Part shown: positions 19,616-29,000 of the stretch, piece after piece
Numbering within the stretch: position 1 is the stretch's first letter
Layout: each line of letters starts with the position of its first letter
Origin: a virus
Lineage: Duplodnaviria > Heunggongvirae > Uroviricota > Caudoviricetes
Length of the DNA stretch: 64,000 nucleotides
IMG/VR virus record: IMGVR_UViG_3300026122_000001
Direction: 5' to 3' (one strand)
The notes under the pieces: model-generated
The model's database searches: none
The model's input: the letters and a program-made list of their open reading frames with translations, nothing else
Told to the model about the DNA's origin: nothing
Position numbers and translations under genes: made by a program

Positions 19616-20667
19616 TAAACCGCCTTAATACCGAATGTTGCGTTATTGATGCCCACTGGAGTCCATGCCACACCTGTGTCTGGGTCTACTGGAGAAACCC
19701 CAAAGTTGGCATGATAGTCCTGATGAGCAGAGTATTTGTCCCCAGAGTCGATGTCCTCGACAGTGCCGTTAGAGTCCACTCTGAAATACAAATCCCAACC
19801 GTGCGCCGCTAATGACTTCGTCATCGCTGTAACTTGAAGTCCGACAACCTCGAAGCTTGGATTCAAAGCTGCAAGGTCAAACATGTCTACGTTACCGGAT
19901 ACATCTGTCTGTATGTATCCAGTGTCTCCGTCTGTTGGCTGTTCATTCAGGAGAGCATAATGTGAGCCAGCCTCGCTGGCATCCCACTGACTTCCTGGTT
20001 GGTCGCCGTCTAGCACCAGCCCTGCCACTCGGCAGGACCCCAGAAAATCATCATGGCCAGTGCCGTCATCATATCCATCACAGATGTAGATGTCATCAAT
20101 CATGGATGCCTTGTTTGTATAAAATTGCACCTTGCCTACGGCCCCAGTATTTTGGTAATCAGTATCGATACCGGATGCCGAGAAAACAACACCCTCGTTG
20201 GCACGAATCTCGATCGATCCTGATATGGGATGGACAACGAGTTTGACTTCAATGTAGGTCCAATCATAGTCTGTTATTGCTGCACCGCTGGTGGTACCAA
20301 TGAGCGTGGTATACATGTACACTTGTAATTCACCGGCAGCAGTTCGCCGTAACCTGCATTGTAACGAATCTGTTGCAGTGCCATCCAACCGCAAGATGTA
20401 TGGGGTGTCAGGCAGTCCGGTAGCTCCTCGCCACCCAAACCCAACAACCACTGTATTGGTCTCTGGTATGAGCTTGTTCAATTCTAGCCAATAGTTGTTG
20501 ACACCCTGTAGTGCGGCACCATATCCGTTACGTCCGGCCACTATACTGATGGTATCGTTGTCTATTCTTACGCTGTCCCATTTTTGTGTCAGCATGCCGT
20601 GCAGATCGGCACCATAGGTACCGATCGGCCCAAAGTTTTCAAAGCCTTCTATCCAGCGTAGTGCCAT
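19615..20667 (-). CDS. Tail/baseplate-associated protein, paralogue 3 (lectin/ConA-like beta-sandwich inferred)
   Basis: MALRWIEGFENFG...NNATFGIKAV; colinear with the two upstream paralogues; TGATG overlap. Confidence 0.75.
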   Translation of the reverse strand: MALRWIEGFENFGPIGTYGADLHGMLTQKWDSVRIDNDTISIVAGRNGYGAALQGVNNYWLELNKLIPETNTVVVGFGWRGATGLPDTPYILRLDGTATDSLQCRLRRTAAGELQVYMYTTLIGTTSGAAITDYDWTYIEVKLVVHPISGSIEIRANEGVVFSASGIDTDYQNTGAVGKVQFYTNKASMIDDIYICDGYDDGTGHDDFLGSCRVAGLVLDGDQPGSQWDASEAGSHYALLNEQPTDGDTGYIQTDVSGNVDMFDLAALNPSFEVVGLQVTAMTKSLAAHGWDLYFRVDSNGTVEDIDSGDKYSAHQDYHANFGVSPVDPDTGVAWTPVGINNATFGIKAV

Positions 20668-21704
20668 CAGCCTACCTTCACACCAGATTGAATTGCATTA
20701 ACGCCTGCCACAGCCCAGTCGGCCGCTGTGTTGGGGTCTTGCATGTACACATCGAGATAGTAAATTCCGTCGTTGCCGGTAACCCGCCTGGTGTCCGCAT
20801 CTTGTTCAGTGGCACCTGACTTGAGCACAGGAATCATATCCAACGCTGAAGCGGCTGTCACCATCGCTACCGTTGAGACTTGTATGGCCACGATACCCGA
20901 GTCGATGTTGACCAGATTGCCAAAATCGTACAAATCTTTGTCGCCAGTGAGTGCGCCTTCTACGTAGGTTGTGTCATCCGAGTATTCGTTGTCTACCATC
21001 GCATAGTTGTCGCCACCAGTGCTCGGTGTCCAGTCTGCTTGAGCCGTATCGGCACTCGGGCGTAGAGTCTCTACTTTCAGTTCGCCCATAAAGTCCTGGC
21101 CAGCGGTATCATCCGCAAGGTAGATGTCTCCAAGCAGGCTGGAGTAGAAACCGGCACGGAATACGATCGTATCGCATTCGCCGCTACCATTGTTGTCGGT
21201 ATCCACGCCTGAGGCTGACAGTACCGTGTCGCCATTGACACGCACCTCGTAACTGCCAGCGTTATCACAGAAATACATCACTTCAATTCGATGCCAGGAA
21301 TTGCCACGCAATACTCTGGGCGCTGATTGTTCCAGCAGGACAGTGTTCCTATAGAATGCCAGACTGCCGTCATTCCAGGCTGCTAGCCGCATTTGCGTTA
21401 TACCACCTCTGTATATGTAGATGATGTAGTCCCCACCCGTGATGTTTCCGGGCACGAAGTAATTGAATCCGAAATACAGGGTTGAGATCGGTGTGAAGTA
21501 TTTCTTCAACCAATGATCTCGCCCGCTGTCGTTCCAGATAAGCGAGTTGCCCATCCCACCACGACCATCTGCAATCTTGGTATTCGATGATAGCGTGGTA
21601 CATTCAACGGCGTCCCAATGGCCAAGCAGTCGATCTTCCAACGTCTGGGCGTTGGTACCAACAGCCCCGTAGTTTTCAAAACCTTCAAGGAAAAAGATTG
21701 ACAT
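20667..21704 (-). CDS. Tail/baseplate-associated protein, paralogue 2
   Basis: MSIFFLEGFENYG...NAIQSGVKVG; SD AAGGAG upstream. Confidence 0.75.
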   Translation of the reverse strand: MSIFFLEGFENYGAVGTNAQTLEDRLLGHWDAVECTTLSSNTKIADGRGGMGNSLIWNDSGRDHWLKKYFTPISTLYFGFNYFVPGNITGGDYIIYIYRGGITQMRLAAWNDGSLAFYRNTVLLEQSAPRVLRGNSWHRIEVMYFCDNAGSYEVRVNGDTVLSASGVDTDNNGSGECDTIVFRAGFYSSLLGDIYLADDTAGQDFMGELKVETLRPSADTAQADWTPSTGGDNYAMVDNEYSDDTTYVEGALTGDKDLYDFGNLVNIDSGIVAIQVSTVAMVTAASALDMIPVLKSGATEQDADTRRVTGNDGIYYLDVYMQDPNTAADWAVAGVNAIQSGVKVG

Positions 21705-21714
21705 TGGCTACTCC

Positions 21715-22764
21715 TTACCCGATCTTGACGCCAAACTGCGCCGCATTCAAACCAGCCTCAGTCCAAGCCGAGGCCGTGTCTGGGTCCTGTGACATCAATC
21801 GATGTCTGGTGGTATAATCTGTCTCGGTTATCGTTTCTATGCTGCCACTGCTGTTGGTCGTACCAGATTTGCAGGTCACAATCAATGACTCGGACCCAAC
21901 AATATCCAGTGCAGTTTGTGTCCAAACATCAATGACCAAGATGCTTGTTGGTGTCACAGGCAGATCATCGTAGTCATACAAGTCTTCGTTGCTTGCGATG
22001 CTGTCGTAGACATAGTCGGTCTCGTTGCCCACAGTATCATCTATGGTCTGGTAATGGTTGCCCACAGGTTCTGCGGACCAGTCCAGTTGTGCGGTGTCCC
22101 CGTCAGGGAGTAAAGCAACAACCGTGTAGTTGTGGCCCAGCCAGTCATTGAACTCAGGGCCGGAATCATCACAGATGTAGATGTCATCCAGTTGCTGACC
22201 GTTGTAGCTCGCCCTGAACGAATGGGCACTCACTTCACCCTCGCCTGTCCAGTCGGTATCCACACCGGTTGCCGATAATACAGTTATCCCGTTGACTCGA
22301 ACCTCATAGCTGCCAGACGCACCAACGGTGTATTTTATCTCCACAAAATTCCATTGATTCGCACGGAGGGTATTTATGGCTGCCGCTTGGTGTACCGTTC
22401 CGTTGAGCCAGACCTGGAGGCCGTTTGCGGCACCAAGACCAAGCTTCAGTTGTTCACCGCCAAGATCATCCTTGGCCATATACATGTGGTAGCTGCCGTA
22501 GGCTTGTGACCCACCTTGTAGGTATACAGCAAATCCGATAATCCAAGTTTGGGCTTGAACACCACAATGATGGAGAAGCACGTTAGAGTTACTGTCCGGC
22601 ATATAGAGACAAGCGCCTGTACCACCACGTCCTGGACCGATGATATAAGCATCTGACCCCGAAGTCGGGGACGGATCAGACCAGATTTGTTCCATTGCAG
22701 TCTGCAAGGTGGCTCCCGTGAGCCCACCGTAGGTTTCAAAACCTTCAAGCAAATACAGAGCCAT
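21715..22764 (-). CDS. Tail/baseplate-associated protein, paralogue 1
   Basis: Start moved to MALYLLEGFETYG (22764) by alignment with the paralogues; ends NAAQFGVKIG. Confidence 0.75.
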   Translation of the reverse strand: MALYLLEGFETYGGLTGATLQTAMEQIWSDPSPTSGSDAYIIGPGRGGTGACLYMPDSNSNVLLHHCGVQAQTWIIGFAVYLQGGSQAYGSYHMYMAKDDLGGEQLKLGLGAANGLQVWLNGTVHQAAAINTLRANQWNFVEIKYTVGASGSYEVRVNGITVLSATGVDTDWTGEGEVSAHSFRASYNGQQLDDIYICDDSGPEFNDWLGHNYTVVALLPDGDTAQLDWSAEPVGNHYQTIDDTVGNETDYVYDSIASNEDLYDYDDLPVTPTSILVIDVWTQTALDIVGSESLIVTCKSGTTNSSGSIETITETDYTTRHRLMSQDPDTASAWTEAGLNAAQFGVKIG

Positions 22765-22780
22765 GGCATCATCTCTGGAG

Positions 22781-22819
22781 AACAAAAGAACCGGACGACA
22801 GCATCATGCTGCCGTCCGG
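22781..22819 (-). terminator. Rho-independent terminator
   Basis: Stem CCGGACG-a-CAGCA/TGCTG-c-CGTCCGG followed on the minus strand by TTCTTTTGTT. Confidence 0.75.
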
Positions 22820-22832
22820 GTTGGCGAGGATA

Positions 22833-23435
22833 TCACGCATTGACGGTGTAGGTAACCTTCAACTGGTCACCACTCTGCACCGCAACGTCACCACTGCCGA
22901 ACAAGGCGGTGGCCCAAAGGTTGCCGTCCGTGTCGTGGTCCGACTTTGTCATCGCGGCAGCACCGAGACCAACAACCATCACGCCCTTGACGGTACCGGT
23001 ACCGGTAATGTTGAAGATGGCGACGGACGAGTTGGTGATCGACTGCGAAGCCGCAGCGTCTTCCGGCCAAACCGGTCGAGTCGTGGCGTTGTCCGAGTTG
23101 TTACCGTCCGTGTAGGCGGTGAACTCGTCCCAGCCGTTCCCAGCCTGGTCGATGTCATCGTAGGTGTCATCGGCGGCCAACGCACTGTAACCAGCGTTGT
23201 CGATCAGGCCAATGTACCACGCCGCGGCGGCCGACGTGTTGTGGAACATCACGTCCAACAGCAGGTCTTTGCCTTGGTCGCTGATGCCGTTGGGGAAGTC
23301 GTGCGTACCAATGACTTCACCGTCACGGATGTGCTCGACGTTGAAACGACCAGCCATCTTGGCCGGGCTAGCCAGCTTCTGAGGGGCTTTGCCGAGGGAA
23401 ACGCCAGCGAACTGATTGAGCTTAACTTGGTTCAT
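22833..23435 (-). CDS. Abundant virion structural protein (200 aa, tail-associated)
   Basis: NGISDQGKDLLLDVMF...WYIGLIDN...VQSGDQLKVTYTV; strongly C/G-ending codons like the coat gene; SD AGGAG; followed by a terminator. Confidence 0.65.
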   Translation of the reverse strand: MNQVKLNQFAGVSLGKAPQKLASPAKMAGRFNVEHIRDGEVIGTHDFPNGISDQGKDLLLDVMFHNTSAAAAWYIGLIDNAGYSALAADDTYDDIDQAGNGWDEFTAYTDGNNSDNATTRPVWPEDAAASQSITNSSVAIFNITGTGTVKGVMVVGLGAAAMTKSDHDTDGNLWATALFGSGDVAVQSGDQLKVTYTVNA

Positions 23436-23712
23436 TATTGAACTCCTGCAAAAAAGGTATGGGCACTTGCCCAGGTTTAAGTCCGTTCCTCGTCACACGA
23501 AGAATACGGGTCGCAATATCTTTGGCCATACCAGTCAGGTCTACAGGACTCTTACTGGTTACAGCCGTCGGACAACGCTTAATGGGTTGCCCGGAGTTTA
23601 TTGCCAACAACCGCTGATAACCTGTTTCAGCAGCTTGGCGGCTAATCAAAGACTCTGATCGAAGTAACACTGGGGCTGTATCCATCAGTTCGTGGTCAGG
23701 TTTACTCATCAC
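23422..23712 (-). CDS. Hypothetical protein (96 aa)
   Basis: Fills the gap between tape measure and next gene; no motif recognised. Confidence 0.45.
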   Translation of the reverse strand: MMSKPDHELMDTAPVLLRSESLISRQAAETGYQRLLAINSGQPIKRCPTAVTSKSPVDLTGMAKDIATRILRVTRNGLKPGQVPIPFLQEFNNEPS

Positions 23713-23733
23713 AGATTCTCTGGTAAATGGGCA

Positions 23734-26700
23734 TCAGCCCAAGGTTGAAGATCGTCTTCGCAACTCGCGGCGAACACGGGTTACAATGTTTCTCGCAGAT
23801 TCGCGGTCAGTGGTGCCACCGGGCACGCTGATGTTGATGTCACCTACGTTGGTGACGGGCCCACCCTCTGAGCGATAAATCGGCTGCCTACCTGAATTCA
23901 TCGATACAAGCTGGGAGTAAAATCTACGTGTGGAACGTGCATTCATCACAAACTCTCCCGGTGATAGCATTGCCGGTATCGTATCGGTGCCTTTTGGCGC
24001 AAAACCACCGTTGGCAAAATAGTTCATCAAGCCACCACGGGCGGCTGTTTGGACCCCGCCCCCGCCAGTTGGTGGCGCAACTATTGATTGTGAGGCATTA
24101 GCCATTGTTACGAAGGACTGCGCGAGGGCCTGCGCGGCTGGTACAGCGGCTGATAGGGCCTGTGCGGTGGTCTGTGTATCGCTCGATGTGGATGTGGCAT
24201 CCGCTGACACATTATCCAGCGCAGGCACCATTTTGTTCATCTCGTTGACAGCCCCTTTTGATGCATTCTTGGTCGCCTCGATGTTTTGCAGAGCCTCGCT
24301 GCCAGCGGCCTCAATACCGGCACCGAACTGTTTCACATCCACAGTGGTACTGTTGATATTGGTAAGTTCGGCACGTAGTTTTTTGAGGTCAAGCAAAGCT
24401 GTGGGCAACCACGTAAACCCTGGTGTGTTGGAATAAGAGACAACTTGTGCGTTTGCTGCTTCGAGTCGAGTAAGCTCAACAGTGACAGCCTGTGTCTTTT
24501 CCTCAAAGTCAGCCATAGCTGCCGCACCCGCAGGGGTGTTCAGGAATTGCTGGTTGGCTTTTATCTTATCTGTCATCGCAGTGTGGGCCACGGCCATACC
24601 CACAACAGCATTCTTGAAAGCTACACCCTGTTTGTCAATCTGATGTGTGGCCACTTCAGAGAGGTTTGATGCAGCGTTGCCCATCGCTGCAAATCGGCTG
24701 TTTAGTTCCCCAACGCTTAGTACACGTTCAGCGATAACAGCAGAATCCACCTGGGCGGCCTTTTGAATTTTTGTTGCTGCCTCCATGGCTTGGGCCACCG
24801 TATCTAGTGGGTTCCAAACCAGCTTAAAACCTGTGGCGATCTCGTACATTTTCTCCACTTCTGCTTTGAACGCAGGTGTGAGTTTGTTTGCGAAAAGAGC
24901 CATGAGATCATTTATTGTGTCATCAGCATCAATCCGAATGATCCCTTTAATTTCCCCGATCTGCCTGGCTTGGAATTGAGACAGGGTGGCTTGAAGCTCC
25001 TGAAGACCCATGATGTTACCGAGCTTCAAGTCAGGATTCTTTGCGGCCCTGAGGGACATTTTGTCCAGTTCTGTGAATGCTTTCTCTACGCCCTTTCGGA
25101 TTTCGTCCGGGGTTTTCGTTTTCCCGCCTGTACCTGTTAGCTTCAGGGCATCGGCAATAACTCGTTGGGACTGAATATCAGCTTGCAGTAGCTTACGTTG
25201 GGCAGCCTTTTGGGCTTCTAGTCTCTTTGCGATAGCCGCCTCGTGGGACATTCTTTTTCTGGTGAGGTCCTCTTGCTGCTTCATGATGGAAAGCTCGTCG
25301 TCCTTTGCGCGCCGCAATAGACGTTGGTCCCCAAGTTGCCTGGCGAGACCTTGAGCTTGTTTTGACCCTGCTAACGCCGTGGCCAGTTCGGCCTCTTTAC
25401 GTTTTAGGGTGTCTTCAGTGACATTCTGATTGGCTCTTCTGATCCATTCATACTGCCCTGTCTGAGCGTTAAGCGTGCGGGTGAGGGTAGTCGCGCTTGA
25501 AATTCTTGTTTTGGCAGCCAGCTTGTTTGACCTTGCCAGAACTTCCAAAACCTGACGTTCTTTGTCCATATTTTCCAGTGAATGCTGGAAGGCACGGTCA
25601 TCTCTTGAGGCCTCTTGCTTGGCAAGGGTGTCTCGGTATTTTTGCTGTCGGCTATCAGAAGAATTTTGCCAGTTCTCAATTTTGTCAATGACATTTTGGC
25701 GTGCATCTGTAACCTTTTTGAGCATGCTATTCACGGATGTTACCGTGTCTTTATGCCGCTTCACAAGTGCTTCCCGCTCTGTTTGTGTTTCGAGATTGAT
25801 GGCCGCCAAACCAGACAACAAGTGCTGGGTGCGTTTTGACGAAGCCTCGACGTAGTAGGCGGCCATGTTTGCTGCTCGCGCGGCCCAGAACTCTCGATCT
25901 TTGGCGATACTTTGAGCCATCTGACTCTGCAACTTTGCTACATGATCCTGAGTAGACGTGAGGTACCGATCTGAAATTACCTCACCAAGTTTCCAGCCAG
26001 CCCAAAATGCCAGCAGGTAGGGGGCGATTGTCAGGAAGGCTTTCCCAATGCCGATCACCCCGGCTTGTACCTTTACGAAACCAGGGATAGAGGCCAACGC
26101 AGCTTTGTTCATGGACACAAAAGCAAGCGTCCCGGCGACCCCCATGGCAGTCAATGCCCCAGCCAAATCCTTACCCTGGCCTAGAATGGTATTCAGGACT
26201 TTAACCAATTTGGTAACAACCGGCAAGGCTATTTGCCCAAGTGACAGAATGGATATCTTTAGCTCATTGAAGGCCTTGATTGCTTTCCGCGCATCCGTTG
26301 ACTCCATGAGTGCAAACGCCTCTTTCAAGGCTGTTGGCCCTTCTTCACGCATGGCTTTCATGTTTTCAACAGCACGCTCAGCATTTGTTGAGGTCAGACC
26401 CAAAACACCGGCAACAGCCCGTACACGGTCAAACAACTCAGCCATCTCTGTGACATTGTCGCCTGTCAGTTTGTTCAATTCATGCAAGAACGGGAGCACG
26501 CCACCAAATTTCTGGACGGCTTGTACAGCATTATCAATACCGAGTTTGTCGTGCATCAATTTCTTGAGGTCTTCAGATGGTTTGACCAACTTCAGCATGA
26601 TCGCCCGCAACTGGGTCATGGCGGTATCGGCTTTAACACCGGTGACCGTCATGGTGGCCAATGCTGCGCTCATTTCCTCAAGGCTGCCACCCATCTGGGC

Positions 26701-27726
26701 ATACAACGGGGCAGTACGGCCAAAGATATCGGCCAGATCACTAACACGCAAACGGCCCTTTTCGACTGTCTTGAACAGGATACCACCAACTCGCTCGGCA
26801 TGCTCGGCACCGAGACCAAAACCATTCAAAGCGGCCGTCATGAGCCCGACTGCTTCTTCCGTCTTGGAGGACGTAGCAATCGCAAGTTTGTTAGATTGCC
26901 GGAACACATGCAAGGACTGAGCAGCATCACCCACTTGGTTGGACAATGTTTGGTACAAACCTTCAGCAGTTTGTTCGGTGCTCTTGCCGAACTCCAACGA
27001 CAGGCCTTTTACGGTGTCAGACATCTGGTTCAGATTGCCCAATGCCCCACCGGCGATCGTGCCAATTTCACCAATACGTTGCCCGTAGTCAATCGTAGCC
27101 TTGATGCCCTCTTGAACGGCTGTTCGCAGCGCGGACATCGCACGCACGATAATTTGTGTGACCACGATACGTAGCATGGTTTTCCAAGAGATCGTGAAAG
27201 TCTTGGTGTCTTTGGACATAGCCTTCATGCCATCCGAAACAGCATCCTGGTTCTGTTTCATCATTTCGCGGAGCCTGGCTTGAGGCTCGTTGAGACTCCC
27301 ACCAAATTCCTTCCATGATTGACCAACCTGCTTGAGCGTGAGCCCTTGGGAGTTAGCAAATTCAGCCATCAGGCGGATATTGTCCTGCACTGTTCGCTTG
27401 AGGGTTGCGCTGGCCTTTGCCGGAACTTCGCCCAGTTGTTTTTCGATCTCATTGGCGAAGGCCCTCAAGCTGGGTCTTGCGCTATCCAGCCCGCTGGTAT
27501 CCACCTTCAGTTTGCCCATCTTACCCATGGAAGCTTTTGCGCTCGATGCAGCCTTGCTCAGTTGGTCCATTGACTTTGTAGCATCAGAGCTATAGTCCGT
27601 CAGCGCACTGCTGTTGTCCTTCAGTGCCGAATTGAACTGGTCAAAAGCGCCATTCACGTCAGCAATTGACTTGATAGCATCGCTAACGTCAAAGCCCAAT
27701 TTTTGTTGGATCAAATTGTCGGCCAT
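23734..27726 (-). CDS. Tail tape measure protein (TP901-type core), 1330 aa
   Basis: Ala/Leu-rich helical protein; LYQTLSNQVG, LFKTVEKGRLRVSDLA and GVKADTAMTQLRAIMLKLVKPS core; hydrophobic mid-segment; C-terminal GGLMNYFANGG...GTDTIPAMLSPGEFV motif. Confidence 0.93.
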   Translation of the reverse strand: MADNLIQQKLGFDVSDAIKSIADVNGAFDQFNSALKDNSSALTDYSSDATKSMDQLSKAASSAKASMGKMGKLKVDTSGLDSARPSLRAFANEIEKQLGEVPAKASATLKRTVQDNIRLMAEFANSQGLTLKQVGQSWKEFGGSLNEPQARLREMMKQNQDAVSDGMKAMSKDTKTFTISWKTMLRIVVTQIIVRAMSALRTAVQEGIKATIDYGQRIGEIGTIAGGALGNLNQMSDTVKGLSLEFGKSTEQTAEGLYQTLSNQVGDAAQSLHVFRQSNKLAIATSSKTEEAVGLMTAALNGFGLGAEHAERVGGILFKTVEKGRLRVSDLADIFGRTAPLYAQMGGSLEEMSAALATMTVTGVKADTAMTQLRAIMLKLVKPSEDLKKLMHDKLGIDNAVQAVQKFGGVLPFLHELNKLTGDNVTEMAELFDRVRAVAGVLGLTSTNAERAVENMKAMREEGPTALKEAFALMESTDARKAIKAFNELKISILSLGQIALPVVTKLVKVLNTILGQGKDLAGALTAMGVAGTLAFVSMNKAALASIPGFVKVQAGVIGIGKAFLTIAPYLLAFWAGWKLGEVISDRYLTSTQDHVAKLQSQMAQSIAKDREFWAARAANMAAYYVEASSKRTQHLLSGLAAINLETQTEREALVKRHKDTVTSVNSMLKKVTDARQNVIDKIENWQNSSDSRQQKYRDTLAKQEASRDDRAFQHSLENMDKERQVLEVLARSNKLAAKTRISSATTLTRTLNAQTGQYEWIRRANQNVTEDTLKRKEAELATALAGSKQAQGLARQLGDQRLLRRAKDDELSIMKQQEDLTRKRMSHEAAIAKRLEAQKAAQRKLLQADIQSQRVIADALKLTGTGGKTKTPDEIRKGVEKAFTELDKMSLRAAKNPDLKLGNIMGLQELQATLSQFQARQIGEIKGIIRIDADDTINDLMALFANKLTPAFKAEVEKMYEIATGFKLVWNPLDTVAQAMEAATKIQKAAQVDSAVIAERVLSVGELNSRFAAMGNAASNLSEVATHQIDKQGVAFKNAVVGMAVAHTAMTDKIKANQQFLNTPAGAAAMADFEEKTQAVTVELTRLEAANAQVVSYSNTPGFTWLPTALLDLKKLRAELTNINSTTVDVKQFGAGIEAAGSEALQNIEATKNASKGAVNEMNKMVPALDNVSADATSTSSDTQTTAQALSAAVPAAQALAQSFVTMANASQSIVAPPTGGGGVQTAARGGLMNYFANGGFAPKGTDTIPAMLSPGEFVMNARSTRRFYSQLVSMNSGRQPIYRSEGGPVTNVGDINISVPGGTTDRESARNIVTRVRRELRRRSSTLG

Positions 27727-28241
27727 TAGAGTGCTTCTTCTTTAAGGAAAGCCATTGGACTCGGGAGCGTAACGTGCTCAGCAAAGAAACGGAAAACTTC
27801 TTGGCCCCTTAGCTGGAAATTGTACGGGCCAGGTCTGGTCAGACGGTAGAAAACTGTGGGGTCTTTCTCGGCATTTGCGTTGTGGTACTCGTTGTATGTC
27901 AGGTGGGGTAGTTTAGACTCGTAGTAGAAAAAGTATTGGCCCTTGTCCCCGACTGTAATCAACCCACCCTTTGCGTCAAACGTGAGTGCTAACCTGGATG
28001 ATTTGAGATATGAGCCCGCTGGTGTACTGGTGCCTTTTGTCAATGAAAATCCCGCCTCTTTTGCCAACGGGTGGAATGTTTGCATCGAAGCTCCACTCCA
28101 AACGGGGATGATATGGCCGGTGATGGCTTGAAGCCACAGTTGTGCAGCTTGGGTAATCTGCTCCACAAAATACTTGTGCAGTTCAGCAAAATATGCTTCT
28201 GCGTCGATCTGCAACGTCTTGTACTGTGGCTTCAATTCCAT
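27726..28241 (-). CDS. Tail completion protein, HK97 gp10-like (171 aa)
   Basis: True start MELKPQ at 28241 overlaps the TGA of the hidden GT frame; IPVWSGASMQTF resembles the gp10 PVxTG-type motif. Confidence 0.5.
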   Translation of the reverse strand: MELKPQYKTLQIDAEAYFAELHKYFVEQITQAAQLWLQAITGHIIPVWSGASMQTFHPLAKEAGFSLTKGTSTPAGSYLKSSRLALTFDAKGGLITVGDKGQYFFYYESKLPHLTYNEYHNANAEKDPTVFYRLTRPGPYNFQLRGQEVFRFFAEHVTLPSPMAFLKEEAL

Positions 28242-28504
28242 CAAAAGGTCTTTCGTTTCGCCATCCCGGCCGCAGACATGGCTTTCAATTCTTCCGCTTC
28301 TTCGTGGCACATAACTTGGTCGAAAGCCAACAACCTTGCCTGTGTCCATACATCACAAGTGTCCCAGTCATCCTTGACTCCCGGAGGCTTTATTCCGAAG
28401 CGGGCGCAGGCTCGCCAGACGGCGTAGTCTCCGGTTCTGCTTGGAGGCCAGAGGAAGCTTCGGCTTGCTCCTCCAGCCCACGTACAAAAGTCGCTCGGGC
28501 CTCG
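28241..28504 (-). CDS. Tail assembly chaperone T segment, reached by -1 frameshift (not in ORF track)
   Basis: Frame -1 to G, open 28504-28241: FLWPPSRTGDYAVWRACARFGIKPPGVKDDWDTCDVWTQARLLAFDQVMCHEEAEELKAMSAAGMAKRKTF*; its stop forms TGATG with the next gene. Confidence 0.75.
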   Translation of the reverse strand, partial: RGPSDFCTWAGGASRSFLWPPSRTGDYAVWRACARFGIKPPGVKDDWDTCDVWTQARLLAFDQVMCHEEAEELKAMSAAGMAKRKTF

Positions 28505-28920
28505 TCAAGCTTGGCTTCATCCAGCGAATTGGCCCGCATGACAGTCTGGACAATTCGGTTGGTCTCGATCTCGGTGATACCAGCCGCCTTGAGTTCTTCT
28601 TTCCAGTGCCGCCATGTTTTGGGATTGGCAATGTCGACCTTCTCCCATTCGATGTCACTGGGTTCCAATGACAGTATGCACATGTACGCCAACCGTTGGT
28701 CACCGTAGTGATCCACCATTTTCTTGTAGTTTTCGTCTTTGGTATTTGGGACAAAGCCGTCCTTTGTCAACCGCCCAGGTGCCTTGGGCTCAGGGCAAAT
28801 TTTCTCGAACTCGTCCATGTCGGCCACCGCTCGGGCTTTGAAAACAACCTGGTCTTCGCCACGGGGCAAGACAAGAAGTTCTTCGTGCAGTCCACCAATC
28901 TCTTTTCCACCGATTTTCAT
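28390..28920 (-). CDS. Tail assembly chaperone G
   Basis: Directly downstream of tail tube; acidic low-complexity C-terminus; overlapping -1 frame as in lambda G/GT. Confidence 0.8.
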   Translation of the reverse strand: MKIGGKEIGGLHEELLVLPRGEDQVVFKARAVADMDEFEKICPEPKAPGRLTKDGFVPNTKDENYKKMVDHYGDQRLAYMCILSLEPSDIEWEKVDIANPKTWRHWKEELKAAGITEIETNRIVQTVMRANSLDEAKLDEARATFVRGLEEQAEASSGLQAEPETTPSGEPAPASE

Positions 28921-28961
28921 GATTTTTCCTCGCTAAAGTAGTTGCAGTAAACCGGAGAGCA

Positions 28962-28980
28962 GGGCGGGCCTATCCCGCCC
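28962..28980 (-). other. GC hairpin downstream of the tail tube gene
   Basis: GGGCGGG-cctat-CCCGCCC; no clear U tract. Confidence 0.4.
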
Positions 28981-29000
28981 CACTCATTGACGGTTACAGA

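Noticed and set aside
26048-27174. 290-aa and 230-aa plus-strand ORFs in the tape measure
   Set aside because: Antisense to a well-supported tape measure gene.
28242-28349. N-terminal 36 aa of the 207-aa ORF 27726-28349
   Set aside because: Overlaps the GT frame; the TGATG junction supports the start at 28241.
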